This document shows positions 1 to 9,424 of a stretch of DNA of 64,000 nucleotides, piece by piece. The position numbers and the translations under genes are program-made. How positions within the stretch are numbered: position 1 is the stretch's first letter; the number at the start of each line of letters is the position of its first letter. This DNA comes from a virus. Lineage: Duplodnaviria; Caudoviricetes. The notes beneath the pieces are model-generated. The model was not told the DNA's origin, searched no databases, and saw only the letters and a list, made by a program, of their open reading frames with translations. The stretch lies in the IMG/VR virus record IMGVR_UViG_2513237087_000004, positions 1 to 64,000 of that record. The stretch is one strand, 5' to 3'.

Positions 1-288
1 GAGCAGGCCCACCAGCAGTTGAAGGAGGAACTCGGGCTCGATCACTTCGAGGGCCGGTCCTGGAGCGGACTGCACAGGCACGCCGTGATGACGATGATCG
101 CCTACGCCTTCCTTCAGAACCAACGCCTTGGTCAGGCGAGCGGGGGGAAAAAGGATCTCCGGCCCACCTCCGCGGCCGACCCTACCGGCAATCCGGCAGG
201 CCATCCTGGATCAGATCTTCAAGCCGGACACACTCAGATGTCCACAATGCAGGGCGCGCTTCAGACGTAAAATGCCAAAGTAGTGCTA
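1..288 (+). mobile_element. IS701-family element, 3' end (transposase C-terminus plus right end)
   Basis: ORF 19-270 contains EELGLDHFEGRSWxGLHRH, typical of IS701 transposase C-termini, followed by the terminal sequence ...GCCAAAGTAGTGCTAG. Confidence 0.8.
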
Positions 289-370
289 GGCAGTGTGGAC
301 GGATTTGACGGTGTCGCAGCGGAGGGGGATTCCCTTCCGCCTGCTTCGGTGATTCATAGCGGGTCCGCTT

Positions 371-964
371 TTGGCGAGATCGACCATGCTGACGCGGATG
401 ACGGACGAGGATTGGGCGGTGGCGCTTAAGGTGTTCCGCGCCTGCCGCTCGCGGCGCGGCGACAAGGGGCGGGATGACCGCAAGTTCCTCGAAGCCATGC
501 ACTATTTCACCGTGCACAACACCTCCTGGCGCGCCCTGCCGGCCGAGTACGGCTCCTGGAACAGCGTCTGGAAAAGGTCCTGGCGGCTACGCCAGGCTGG
601 CGTGTTCGAACTGTTCTTGGGGCGACCGCCCCCGCGCCATCACACTCGGCGCCGACCGGGGCTACGACGCAGCCGACATCGTCGAGGAACTGCGCACGCT
701 GAACGTCCGGCCCATGTGGCGCAGAACACCAACCGGCGGCGCTCGGCCATCGACAAGCGCACCACCCGGCGCCCCAGCTACGCCGCGTCCATCCGCATCC
801 GCAAGCGCATCGAGGAAGCTTTTGGCTGGATCAAGACGGTGGCCGGAATGCGCAAGACCAAGCTGCGCGGGCTGGACAAGGTGGACTGGGCCTTCGCCTT
901 CACGGCCGCCGCCTACAATCTGGTGCGGCTACCAAAGCTGCGTGCCGGGGAGGCGCTTGCATGA
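371..964 (+). pseudogene. Chimeric/frameshifted IS5-family transposase (IS427-like N-terminus joined to an IS5-subgroup C-terminus)
   Basis: N-terminal MTDEDW...WRALPAEYGSWNSVWKR and C-terminal RKRIEEAFGWIKT...AAAYNLVRL. The intervening TLGADRGYD segment lies in another frame (ORF 474-1328). Confidence 0.75.
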
Positions 965-1308
965 AGCCCAAGTCCGCCCTGGCCAAGGCCTTCAAGGGGC
1001 GTTGGCGCATCGTCGAGATGGACACCTGGCCCGACCGGGACTACCTCGACTTGGTCGAGCCCGCCCACATCACCTTCGAGGGCGACACCGACGGCGAAAT
1101 CGTCTTCGACGCCCTCAAGAGCTGGCTAGATGTCCGCTACGGTGCACGGGGTGGTACCGCCTGCGCGGAATTCTCCTGGGAAGGTCACGACGAAACCGAC
1201 CCGATCTGCGGCCGGGGCTGGGTGGAAATCGGCACCGCCGGACGCCTCATCGGCCATTTCTACATACACAGCGGCGACGAATCAGGCTTCGTCTGCGAGC
1301 CGGACTGA
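961..1308 (+). CDS. Conserved hypothetical passenger protein of the IS5 element
   Basis: ATGA-coupled to the transposase stop; 115 aa, globular; ends directly before the IS terminal repeat. Confidence 0.7.
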   Translation: MKPKSALAKAFKGRWRIVEMDTWPDRDYLDLVEPAHITFEGDTDGEIVFDALKSWLDVRYGARGGTACAEFSWEGHDETDPICGRGWVEIGTAGRLIGHFYIHSGDESGFVCEPD

Positions 1309-1328
1309 CTTCTTCAACAGCCTGCTAA
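1307..1328 (+). repeat. IS5-family right terminal inverted repeat
   Basis: ...ACTTCTTCAACAGCCTGCTA, resembling IS5-subgroup ends. Confidence 0.55.
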
Positions 1329-1417
1329 AGCGCCCGGCCCGAGGCGCCCTTGATTCCGCGCAAGGTTTCGTGTGCAGCTTGTGTTAAGCTTTGTGCTCAC
1401 CGCGTGGAGGACTAGCG

Positions 1418-1798
1418 ATGACTGACGCTTCCACTTTCTCGACCGCGCTTCAAGACGGTATGCGCTCTTTCCAGGAGCAATGGAGCAAGTTCCAGCCGGG
1501 GGTGGCTACGCCCAGTGCTTGGCCGCTGGCTGCCATGCAGGCCTTCTGGTTCGAAACGCCGCTGGCGGTCTCCACTCATCTGCAGAAGTTCACCGCCGGC
1601 GAGATCCAGGCCCAGGTCAACCTGCTGGCGGACCTCTCCCGCGAGGACGGCCCGGCCAACCTGCTGTCCAGGGAAGCCGCCTTCCTCCAACAATCGGCCA
1701 TGGCTTGGAACACGGAATGGTTGGAGATCGCCAGCCTGATCCAGACCAAGATCCTGTCCGCGGCGCAGAAGCCGGCGGACGCTCCGGGGAGCTACTGA
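1418..1798 (+). CDS. Phasin-like (PHA granule-associated) protein
   Basis: GGAGG SD before ATG 1418; 126 aa, helical, Ala/Gln-rich, phasin-like pattern; no catalytic motif. Confidence 0.4.
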   Translation: MTDASTFSTALQDGMRSFQEQWSKFQPGVATPSAWPLAAMQAFWFETPLAVSTHLQKFTAGEIQAQVNLLADLSREDGPANLLSREAAFLQQSAMAWNTEWLEIASLIQTKILSAAQKPADAPGSY

Positions 1799-1799
1799 A

Positions 1800-1990
1800 C
1801 TGATGGGAAAGCCGTGCAGCACGGGCCTGGCGCCCATGAGGCCCCACTCGGCGGCACAGCGCACGTGGTGCTGAAACGTGGTCCGGCTCAAGCCCGCCGC
1901 CTTGGCGGCCTTGCGCTCGGAGCCGTGCGTGGCCAGCAGTTCCACGGCCCGCTGGAGCACATCGTCAGGGAGAGGGGAATAGGCCATCAA
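1800..1990 (-). pseudogene. Truncated phage HTH-containing gene (N-terminus only)
   Basis: MAYSPLPDDVLQRAVELLATHGSERKAAKAAGLSRTTFQHH is an HTH, ATGA-coupled to the upstream holin-like gene. The frame then runs into the antisense strand of the phasin-like gene. Confidence 0.55.
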
Positions 1991-2343
1991 CGGCCCTCCC
2001 CGCTCGGTGGCGACGGCAGGCGGCGGAACACCCGGCGAATGACCACCTCCACGCCCGTCATGCCGGACAGGCCGAGCAGGAAGCCGACCATGCCTTCGAC
2101 GCTGGCGGCAGTGAGGTCGGGCGACGCCATCCAGCGAGCGGCGTGCACGGCCACCACCGGCGAGAGATAACCGGCCAGCAGCATGCCGGCGACGGTGGCG
2201 GAGATGAGCCCGATGAGCCCACCGCCGGGCTTGGACAGCGAGCGGACGATGCCGCCCGCCGCGCCGGCGATCAGATAGGCGAGCTTGATCCCGTACAGGG
2301 CCGGCTCACCGGGAGGGGGCACGTCAGCCATCTCCGCCACCAC
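1987..2343 (-). CDS. Putative holin / lysis membrane protein
   Basis: Three hydrophobic segments, basic C-terminus, position downstream of the endolysin. Confidence 0.55.
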   Translation of the reverse strand: MVAEMADVPPPGEPALYGIKLAYLIAGAAGGIVRSLSKPGGGLIGLISATVAGMLLAGYLSPVVAVHAARWMASPDLTAASVEGMVGFLLGLSGMTGVEVVIRRVFRRLPSPPSGEGR

Positions 2344-2351
2344 CTTTCAGG

Positions 2352-2672
2352 TCAGACCGCGCGCCGGGCGAGAAGGGTCGCGGCGATACGCCAGACCACG
2401 GGGGCGACGGCGATCACCGCGCCGGACAGGGCCTGCCAGTCGGCCGCCTCGCCGAGGCCGCGCGCGGCCAGCGCCGTGCCGGCCATGGCGATGGCGTAGC
2501 GCACGAGCTGCGGCCACAGAGTTTCGAGCCCCGCCGGCGCAGGCATGGCTTCGGTGATGGCAGCGGCGACGGGCGCCACGTCGCCCGCGGCAAGCGGGAC
2601 ATCGGGACGCGCGGCAGCAGCCGCAGCCGCCGCGAGGACGGCAGACGCGATATTGGACATGATGAGCCTCAA
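2352..2672 (-). CDS. Small lysis-module membrane protein (holin-like)
   Basis: Two predicted TM helices (LVRYAIAMAGTALAARG; ALSGAVIAVAPVVWRI), adjacent to the endolysin. Confidence 0.55.
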   Translation of the reverse strand: MRLIMSNIASAVLAAAAAAAARPDVPLAAGDVAPVAAAITEAMPAPAGLETLWPQLVRYAIAMAGTALAARGLGEAADWQALSGAVIAVAPVVWRIAATLLARRAV

Positions 2673-2717
2673 TGGTGGGGGGAGAGAGTGCCCGGGCGAG
2701 CCCGGCCGGGCGCGGGA

Positions 2718-3464
2718 TCAGGCGGCGCGCCGCGCCTTGAAGGCGGCGAGCCGGGATTCGAAGTTGGACAGGGCAGCATCGGTCTTCGGGCCGTAGCGCC
2801 CATCCGGCTCCAGCCCGTAGCCGAAGACGTTGAGGGCCAGTTGCAGGTCTTCCACGTCCATGTCGGGCGCGACCTCGCCCGAAGGCGCGAGTTGGATGCT
2901 CGGGTCCAGGGCGATCAGGCGCGACAGCAGCACCATGGCGCCGCACTGCTGCGACACCAGGCCGGCGCCCCAATCGCCATCGGCCCCATACTTGCCCTTG
3001 CTGTAGTGGCTGGAGAAGCTCCACAGGTAGGGGGAGAGCACCGTGGGGTGGAAGTTGCGATAGCCCCACCCGTTGTAGCCTTCGAGCACGAAGGCGATGC
3101 GTTCGGCCCTCCACTCCTTCACCGTGTCGAGCCCGTCATACCGCAGGGCATCCGCCGCGCTCGCCTCCCACGGGAACGGCGGCGAGCCCGTCCTCGGCCG
3201 CCCGTTCGGCACCTGCTTGGTGCGGGCGGTCAGGGGGTCGCCATTGTGCAGATGGGTGGAGAAGCTGAGGCTCGCCTCCATCGCATGGATGAGACCGATG
3301 ACGTGATAGGGCACCCCCGTGGCGGCGGTGACCGCCAAGTAACGGGGTTTGCCCGCGATGATCTGCTTGGCCATCGCGTCGGCCGCCGCCGCCCTGGTGG
3401 GGACGATCTGCATGGTAGACCACAGACGTGCGTATTCGCCCTTCAAGGCGCTGAAGGTCGGCAT
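2718..3464 (-). CDS. Endolysin, lysozyme-like family with C-terminal peptidoglycan-binding domain
   Basis: IHAMEAS...HLHNGDPL...YNGWGY...SPYLWS motifs; C-terminal LQLALN...DGRYGPKTDAAL PG-binding motif. Confidence 0.85.
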   Translation of the reverse strand: MPTFSALKGEYARLWSTMQIVPTRAAAADAMAKQIIAGKPRYLAVTAATGVPYHVIGLIHAMEASLSFSTHLHNGDPLTARTKQVPNGRPRTGSPPFPWEASAADALRYDGLDTVKEWRAERIAFVLEGYNGWGYRNFHPTVLSPYLWSFSSHYSKGKYGADGDWGAGLVSQQCGAMVLLSRLIALDPSIQLAPSGEVAPDMDVEDLQLALNVFGYGLEPDGRYGPKTDAALSNFESRLAAFKARRAA

Positions 3465-3576
3465 GATGCTCTCCGGATTTTCAGGGGAAGATCAGATCCA
3501 TCGGCCGACAGGCGTGCGAGGGACAGGCTTAGGACTCCGCAAGCCAGTTCCGATAGGTTAAAGTACGTCTCAGGGG

Positions 3577-3729
3577 ATGGCGATGGCGGCAACCTCAAGC
3601 TATTCATCGCTAGAAATGCCTAAGGGGGCGCACATGAGAATGCCTATGGGAGCAGTTCCATTTATAGCTATTCTGACTGTCTTCGCTATATCGGGATTTC
3701 GCGTGGCGCTGATTTTATTACACAGGTAA
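3577..3729 (+). CDS. Small hydrophobic peptide (50 aa, or 31 aa from ATG 3634), possible moron
   Basis: Read by eye: MAMAATSSYSSLEMPKGAH-MRMPMGAVPFIAILTVFAISGFRVALILLHR; AT-rich; AAGGGG SD before 3634. Confidence 0.35.
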   Translation: MAMAATSSYSSLEMPKGAHMRMPMGAVPFIAILTVFAISGFRVALILLHR

Positions 3730-3884
3730 ATAATGTGCGGAATCGATCATTTTCTTGCTCGACCGATCCGAAGGGCATAGTTTTACGACGCGCGTTCCGG
3801 GTCATAACGCGCTTCGGTCGGGTGGCATCGGTCCAAGCGAACCAGAATCCGGTGTCACCCGACCGTGACGTTCAAGCCTCACGC

Positions 3885-5423
3885 TCAGACAGAGGCGGCC
3901 GCCTCCAGGGCAGCAATGCGGGCGGATTGGCGGGCGATCTCACGGCGCGCCCATGCGGCCTCCAGCACCAGGCATTCGTCATAGCGCAGTCCCAGCCTCT
4001 CGCCGGCCGGTGTCTCGACGATCTCCTTGTCGGGATAGGCGCGCGTCACGACGGCTCCCGTTTCCGGGTCGGTCTCGTCCACCTGCAGGGTGGTCGCGAT
4101 CTCCTCGCGTGCGGTGATCTCGTCACGGCAGAATAAGCCATAGCGCGCCGCGTCGAGCCCGCGCGCGGCGAACGCCGCCTCCACCTCCTGCGCGATCCAG
4201 CCATGATGGATGCGGGCCGCCGCCTCGCCCTTCGCCGCGACCGCGTCGATGAAGCGATAGGCCACGACGTGGACGTCGCCCCAGGCATCCAGCACATCGT
4301 CGGCGATCGGCAGCGGCGCCGCTCCCGGCGCCAGGCCAGTCTTCAGGGCCGCGTCCGACGTGTTGATGGCGCCGGTAGCCGAAAAGATGACGCCCCATCG
4401 CAGCGAGGCATTGCCGAGCGGGAGAGAGTTGTCGGCGTTCGGATACAGCCCGCCGGCGTAGTAGACGCCGCCGTTGGTAATGCCCGTGCGGGACACATCG
4501 AATACGGGCGTCGCCGCGGTGTAATCGTCGCTCACAAGCCGCAGAGTACCGACAGTTCCATTCGCATTGATAGCGAAGTCCCAATACTTCTGGTTCGTGG
4601 CGCCGTCTGACTTGTAGAACTGGATCGGCGGCCCGCTGGATGCGGTCACATCCACGCGCACGCCCGTCGAGCTGCCCGCCGTCGCGTGGACCCGGGCGGC
4701 GGGCGACGCCTGGTTGACCCCGAGGTTGTTGATCACCCGCACGTTGCCCGTGGATTGGAGGATCAGCGCTTCGGTGAGTGTGGTCGCGAAGGCATCGGAC
4801 GTGTATTGGAAGGACAGTCCACCGAAGGTCGATCCGGTCGACTGGTTATAGGCGCGCCAACCCCGCCCGGCGGACGACAGCCACGAGAGCGCGCCGGTGT
4901 CGCGGGTCAAGGTCACGTCGCCACCGCTCACCCCGAGCGCGCCATTGAAACTCCAACGCCCCGCCGCGCGGTCGTACTTGGCCGCCTGGACCATGGAACC
5001 GTCGGCGACGCCGGTGCCGCCGGCATAGATGCCGATATTGCCCGAGCCGTCGTCGCGCAGCGCCGCGCGCATGCCGCCGCTGTCCACGTAGAGCGCGGCG
5101 AGCGGCGCGGTGCTGCCGCCCTTGGCCAGCACCGACTGGACCGCGCCCATGACGGCCGGCGTCTGGAGATAGCTGGTGCGATAGATGGCATAGGCGAGGC
5201 CCGCCGCCGTGGCGCCGGTATAGGCCGGCACGATGGTGAGCTGCGTGCCGTTGCTGTTCACCGCCGTGATCTTGGCGATGAAGTTGCCGATCACGATGTC
5301 ATGGCCGGCGAGCACGGAATAATCGATGCCGTTGGTCACCCACGCTGTGGCCGTGCCCGTGACGGTGCTGCTGCCATTGGTGACGGCCACCGAGCCGGCG
5401 GTGTATTTGTCGATCTGCGGCAT
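3885..5423 (-). CDS. Tail fibre/spike with C-terminal intramolecular chaperone (peptidase S74) domain
   Basis: Gly/Ser/Thr-rich body; NTSDAALK...IHHGWIAQEV...GLRYDECLVLEAA and a terminal coiled coil, the S74 signature. Confidence 0.85.
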   Translation of the reverse strand: MPQIDKYTAGSVAVTNGSSTVTGTATAWVTNGIDYSVLAGHDIVIGNFIAKITAVNSNGTQLTIVPAYTGATAAGLAYAIYRTSYLQTPAVMGAVQSVLAKGGSTAPLAALYVDSGGMRAALRDDGSGNIGIYAGGTGVADGSMVQAAKYDRAAGRWSFNGALGVSGGDVTLTRDTGALSWLSSAGRGWRAYNQSTGSTFGGLSFQYTSDAFATTLTEALILQSTGNVRVINNLGVNQASPAARVHATAGSSTGVRVDVTASSGPPIQFYKSDGATNQKYWDFAINANGTVGTLRLVSDDYTAATPVFDVSRTGITNGGVYYAGGLYPNADNSLPLGNASLRWGVIFSATGAINTSDAALKTGLAPGAAPLPIADDVLDAWGDVHVVAYRFIDAVAAKGEAAARIHHGWIAQEVEAAFAARGLDAARYGLFCRDEITAREEIATTLQVDETDPETGAVVTRAYPDKEIVETPAGERLGLRYDECLVLEAAWARREIARQSARIAALEAAASV

Positions 5424-5464
5424 GGCCGCCTCCTTCTATGCGAGCCCACCAAGTCCGGAGGGAA

Positions 5465-5764
5465 TCACTCTGCGGGGGGAGCGGGCGGGCCTTCGGTTGC
5501 CGGCCACTGCGGGGCCACGACCTGATAGGTCGGGTTCACGACCGCGCCCTCGATCTGGCGGATCTGCACGGCGCCGTTGAGCACATCCACCTTGTAATGC
5601 CCGGCGAGCACCCGGATCACGCCTTGCTCGTCGCGCTGAGCGCGCACGACAATGCCGTCCTCCTCGCTGGCGTAAGTGACATCCGAAACCGCTTCGCCAT
5701 CAAGGATAACGACGTATCCAATCAGACGAGGCGGGTTGAATGATGTATCAGCATGTATTTCCAT
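5465..5764 (-). CDS. Hypothetical tail-associated protein
   Basis: GGAGG SD before ATG 5764; lies between two tail genes. Confidence 0.55.
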   Translation of the reverse strand: MEIHADTSFNPPRLIGYVVILDGEAVSDVTYASEEDGIVVRAQRDEQGVIRVLAGHYKVDVLNGAVQIRQIEGAVVNPTYQVVAPQWPATEGPPAPPAE

Positions 5765-5777
5765 ATTGCCTCCACCT

Positions 5778-8700
5778 TCATCTACCGTAGGCAGACGCAG
5801 CAACCTTCAAAAATAGATTTCCGACCGCTCCGCCGACACTCGACATATTGTGCTTAAATTGAAGCTGGAAATACATCTGCGTCCCGGCCGTGGACATGTA
5901 GAAGAAGTCAGTCGCGCCCTGACCGGCACCAGTAGACGGTCCAACGCTGTACGAGACAACGGGATCAACTTCATAGACAACAACGCCGTTGCACAAGATT
6001 CTGAATGAGTAGCTTCCCTGGGCAAAGCTTCCAGAGCTACCCCCGAGACTTGTGACCGAGCTGGCCCATCGCAGATGCACCATAGGATAGGTGTACCCGC
6101 CCTTTGTCGGCGTGTTCAGGACGATTTCTGATCCGACATAAAACCAGTCGGTCGCGCCGGTGGAGAAGTTCTGAGATGCGGCAGCAATACCTTGCGCGCC
6201 GAGGTTCGCGCCTTCGCTGATCTGAGCGGACGAGATTGATCCAGTGACAACAAGGTTTCCGTTCACCCGCACGTTGCCATTGAGCGCGAAATACCCGCCG
6301 GAATAGTCGAACGCAGGGGTTATAAATCCCGACGATGCATCCCAGAGTTGGAACGACCCCGAATGAAGCAGGATGCGCGAGCTCCCTCCCGACATGACGT
6401 CAAAGCGCATGCCGCCCCAAACGGAGCCGGCCTGAAGCATCACGCTATAGCTCACCGCCGCGCCGAGATCGCCGGCGGTGGCCACGATGCCGAACTGGCC
6501 TGTCGCCGACGCGCCATTCGCCCGCGCCAGCGCCGTGGTGATGCTGGACGACAAGCCGCTGTCCGCGTTCGTGCGTGCCGTCGTCTCGGTGCTGATTGCC
6601 GCCGTGTTGGCGTTGACCTGCGTTACCAGCGTGCTGATCGCAGCGGCACTGGCATTGTCCCCGGCGACGCGGGCGGAGGTCTCGGTGAGGATGGCCGCGC
6701 CCCGGGCGGCGGTCTCCTGCGCCACCAGGGCCGTCATCTGCGAAGCCACCGCCGCGTCGCCGTCGGCGCGGGCCTGCTGCACGGTCTGGATCGCCGCCTG
6801 CCGCGCCGAGGTTTCGGCCGTCAGGTTGGTCTGGATGGTGGCGATGGCCGCACCGTTGGCGACGGTGGCAGTGCGCACCTCCTGGATGCCCGCCGAATTG
6901 AACTGCGCCACCTGCCGCAGCTCCGCATCGCCGGCGCCGCGCGCCACGGCCTCGACGAACGCGGCCACGGCGGCGTCATCGGCGTTCTGGAGGTCCACGA
7001 CGGAGAGGGCATAGGTGTCCCGCGCCGTGGTCTCGGATGCCGTGGCGATGGCCTCGATCTGGTCCTGCACCACGGCGATGGCATCGCCCAGTTGCGCCGA
7101 GGCGGTGGTGATCTGCGTCGTCAGCGCATTGTCCGCCGAGGCGCGTGCGCTCTCCTCGATGGTCAGTTCGGTGGCGACGCCGGCGATCTGAGCATCGAGC
7201 GTGGTCTGCGTCTGCGCGATGGCCAGTTCCATCGCGGCCTGGACCTGGTCGATGCGCTCGATACCGGCCGAAAGCGGGTTGAGGCCAGCCGCCACGTCCG
7301 CGCTCAGCTTGCCGGTCGCCCTGGAGAGGAGGGACAGCCGCGCGTCGTCATCCACCATCTGCACGACCATGGCGACGGTGGCCGCGTCCAGGTCCATCAC
7401 CGCCTTGTCGAACTGCTGGCGGGTCAGCGCGGCGAGCGCGTCATTGGTGATCGAGCCCGGCTGCACCGCCTCCGCGACAGCGGAAACCAAGGCGCGGTTG
7501 ACGATCACCTCCACCGTGTTGCTGGAGGTGGTGGCGATGGCGGACACGTCCACCACGCGGCGCGGCGACGTGAGCGCCGTGATGCGCACCTGGTAGAAAT
7601 CGCCGCCGACGATGCCGGCGGTGATGGTCGCCGTGCCCTCGCGCACCTGCGTCTCGCCCGCCACATAGGTCTGCCACGGCGCATCGCCGACCCGGCGATA
7701 CTCGATCACCAGGCCATAGACAGTGGGATCGGTGATCGGGTTCCAGGTCACGCGGATGCCCGGCACCTGCGTGCCATCGACGGAATTGACCTGGGCGGTG
7801 GCCACCTGGACGTTGACCACGATATCGGCCGGCGGCCCGGCGGACGGCAGGCTGGTCGGATTGGCCGGGTCCAGTTCGTCCGCCACGCTCCAGGCATAGA
7901 CCGCATCGTCGATCTGGCGGATCTGAAGCGTCACGGTCCAGTCGTCGTTCAGCGTCAGCGCCTCGACGCGAAACACGCCGTCCACATAGCCGAACTTATC
8001 GGACGTCCACGTGATCCAGTCGCCGGCCTCCAGGACCGCGTAGCGGCGCCGGAGGGTGAGCGTGTGGGTGATCTGGCGGCGCGCCAGCCGGCGGTAGATT
8101 TCCAGGCAGCGCTGGCCCTGCGACTGCGAATAGATGAACGAGAGGTCATAGGCCGCCGACCGGCGGTATCCGCCGTCGAGAGCCTCGTCGTCATAGCTGA
8201 AGCGGGTGGGGACCGAGCCGCTCTGGTAGAGCGCGGTGACGTCCGCCCAGGTCCCGGTCACCTCGTTCGCGACGTCCCCAAGGGATTGGTATCGCGAGCC
8301 GGTGAGGTCGGCGCCATCGATCAGGTCAGCGTCGGTGAAGCCGATGACCGGGATCTGCGCCACGCCGGGCTGGAGCGCGTACATGCCGGAGAGGTCCGGC
8401 ATGCTGCCGGCGCAGGCGGTCGAGAACTTGGCCAGGACGCTGGCGTGGTCCTCGTCGGCGTCGATGACGGCGGCGCAGCGATAGCGCGGCTCATAGGTGC
8501 CGTCCCGGCACAGCACCATCTCCTCGCAGGCGTTCATCGCCGCGATGGACTTCGCCGTGTCGATCTCATCGGCGGCGAGGCCGACGCCGAACCACCTGTC
8601 GCCGTTGTTGTAGATGCCGCACAGGTAGTTGTAGCGGCACAGCTCCAGGCTGTCGGCGAACTCATAGGTCTCGGGGCTGCCCCAGCGGTGCGCGCCGAAG

Positions 8701-9422
8701 CCGCCCGGCATGGTGCTGTCCTTGCGCGGATCGTAGAGCTTCGCGCCCCGGACCAGCCACAGGAAGGTCGGCAGCTCGCCGCCCCAGACGTCGGGATTGA
8801 AGACGAGGCGGACCTTGACGTATGCGCAGCCGCTCAGCGTGTGGCCGGACGTCCACTGGCCACCGGAATCTCCGATCACCTCGGCATCGGCCGGCTGCCC
8901 GGGCGTGCCTTTGTAGAGCCGGAACGACAGCATCGAGATGCCGTACTTGTCGTGAAATTCCGGGACGTCCTGGTAGCCGTTCTCGTCGATGTGCATCGAC
9001 ACGCCGATGCCGTTGACCCACAGCTTCTCCAGGCTGGCGATCTCGTGATCAGCGAGCACGATGATCAGGTCGACGTTTTCGTTCTGCGGCCCGAACTTGC
9101 AGAAATAGTGCAGCGACCCGCCGACGGCGCGGGCCCCCAGGACGAGCTGGCGCGGCAGATCCGCGTTGATCGTCAGGTTCAGCGTCTGCTGGCTGGTGGA
9201 CGCGCTAGCCTTGGTCGACGACTTCGGCATCACCGCCCGGGCGAGGTACGAAAAGCCCGTCGCGAGAGCGGTATTGACCAAGAAAGTGCCGATGGCGCCG
9301 CCGACCGTTCCGGCGGTCCCCAGCGCGGTCACGCCGGCGACAAGGGCCGTGGAGATGGGATCGGCGCACGCCGGCCCGGCCGCCATGACGAGCGCGGCGG
9401 TGATCAGCAGCAGGAGGCGCAT
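5778..9422 (-). CDS. Central tail fibre / host-specificity protein (lambda J-like)
   Basis: About 1214 aa from ATG 9422; tail-tip hub region, FnIII-like segment (IRVTWNP...YGLVIEYRR), long Ala-rich coiled coil, divergent C-terminus. Confidence 0.85.
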   Translation of the reverse strand: MRLLLLITAALVMAAGPACADPISTALVAGVTALGTAGTVGGAIGTFLVNTALATGFSYLARAVMPKSSTKASASTSQQTLNLTINADLPRQLVLGARAVGGSLHYFCKFGPQNENVDLIIVLADHEIASLEKLWVNGIGVSMHIDENGYQDVPEFHDKYGISMLSFRLYKGTPGQPADAEVIGDSGGQWTSGHTLSGCAYVKVRLVFNPDVWGGELPTFLWLVRGAKLYDPRKDSTMPGGFGAHRWGSPETYEFADSLELCRYNYLCGIYNNGDRWFGVGLAADEIDTAKSIAAMNACEEMVLCRDGTYEPRYRCAAVIDADEDHASVLAKFSTACAGSMPDLSGMYALQPGVAQIPVIGFTDADLIDGADLTGSRYQSLGDVANEVTGTWADVTALYQSGSVPTRFSYDDEALDGGYRRSAAYDLSFIYSQSQGQRCLEIYRRLARRQITHTLTLRRRYAVLEAGDWITWTSDKFGYVDGVFRVEALTLNDDWTVTLQIRQIDDAVYAWSVADELDPANPTSLPSAGPPADIVVNVQVATAQVNSVDGTQVPGIRVTWNPITDPTVYGLVIEYRRVGDAPWQTYVAGETQVREGTATITAGIVGGDFYQVRITALTSPRRVVDVSAIATTSSNTVEVIVNRALVSAVAEAVQPGSITNDALAALTRQQFDKAVMDLDAATVAMVVQMVDDDARLSLLSRATGKLSADVAAGLNPLSAGIERIDQVQAAMELAIAQTQTTLDAQIAGVATELTIEESARASADNALTTQITTASAQLGDAIAVVQDQIEAIATASETTARDTYALSVVDLQNADDAAVAAFVEAVARGAGDAELRQVAQFNSAGIQEVRTATVANGAAIATIQTNLTAETSARQAAIQTVQQARADGDAAVASQMTALVAQETAARGAAILTETSARVAGDNASAAAISTLVTQVNANTAAISTETTARTNADSGLSSSITTALARANGASATGQFGIVATAGDLGAAVSYSVMLQAGSVWGGMRFDVMSGGSSRILLHSGSFQLWDASSGFITPAFDYSGGYFALNGNVRVNGNLVVTGSISSAQISEGANLGAQGIAAASQNFSTGATDWFYVGSEIVLNTPTKGGYTYPMVHLRWASSVTSLGGSSGSFAQGSYSFRILCNGVVVYEVDPVVSYSVGPSTGAGQGATDFFYMSTAGTQMYFQLQFKHNMSSVGGAVGNLFLKVAASAYGR

Positions 9423-9424
9423 TC

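Noticed and set aside
3790-5423. Diversity-generating retroelement at the tail fibre (hairpin downstream of the gene)
   Set aside because: No reverse transcriptase and no template/variable repeat pair in the window; the fibre ends in an S74 chaperone, not a C-type-lectin variable region
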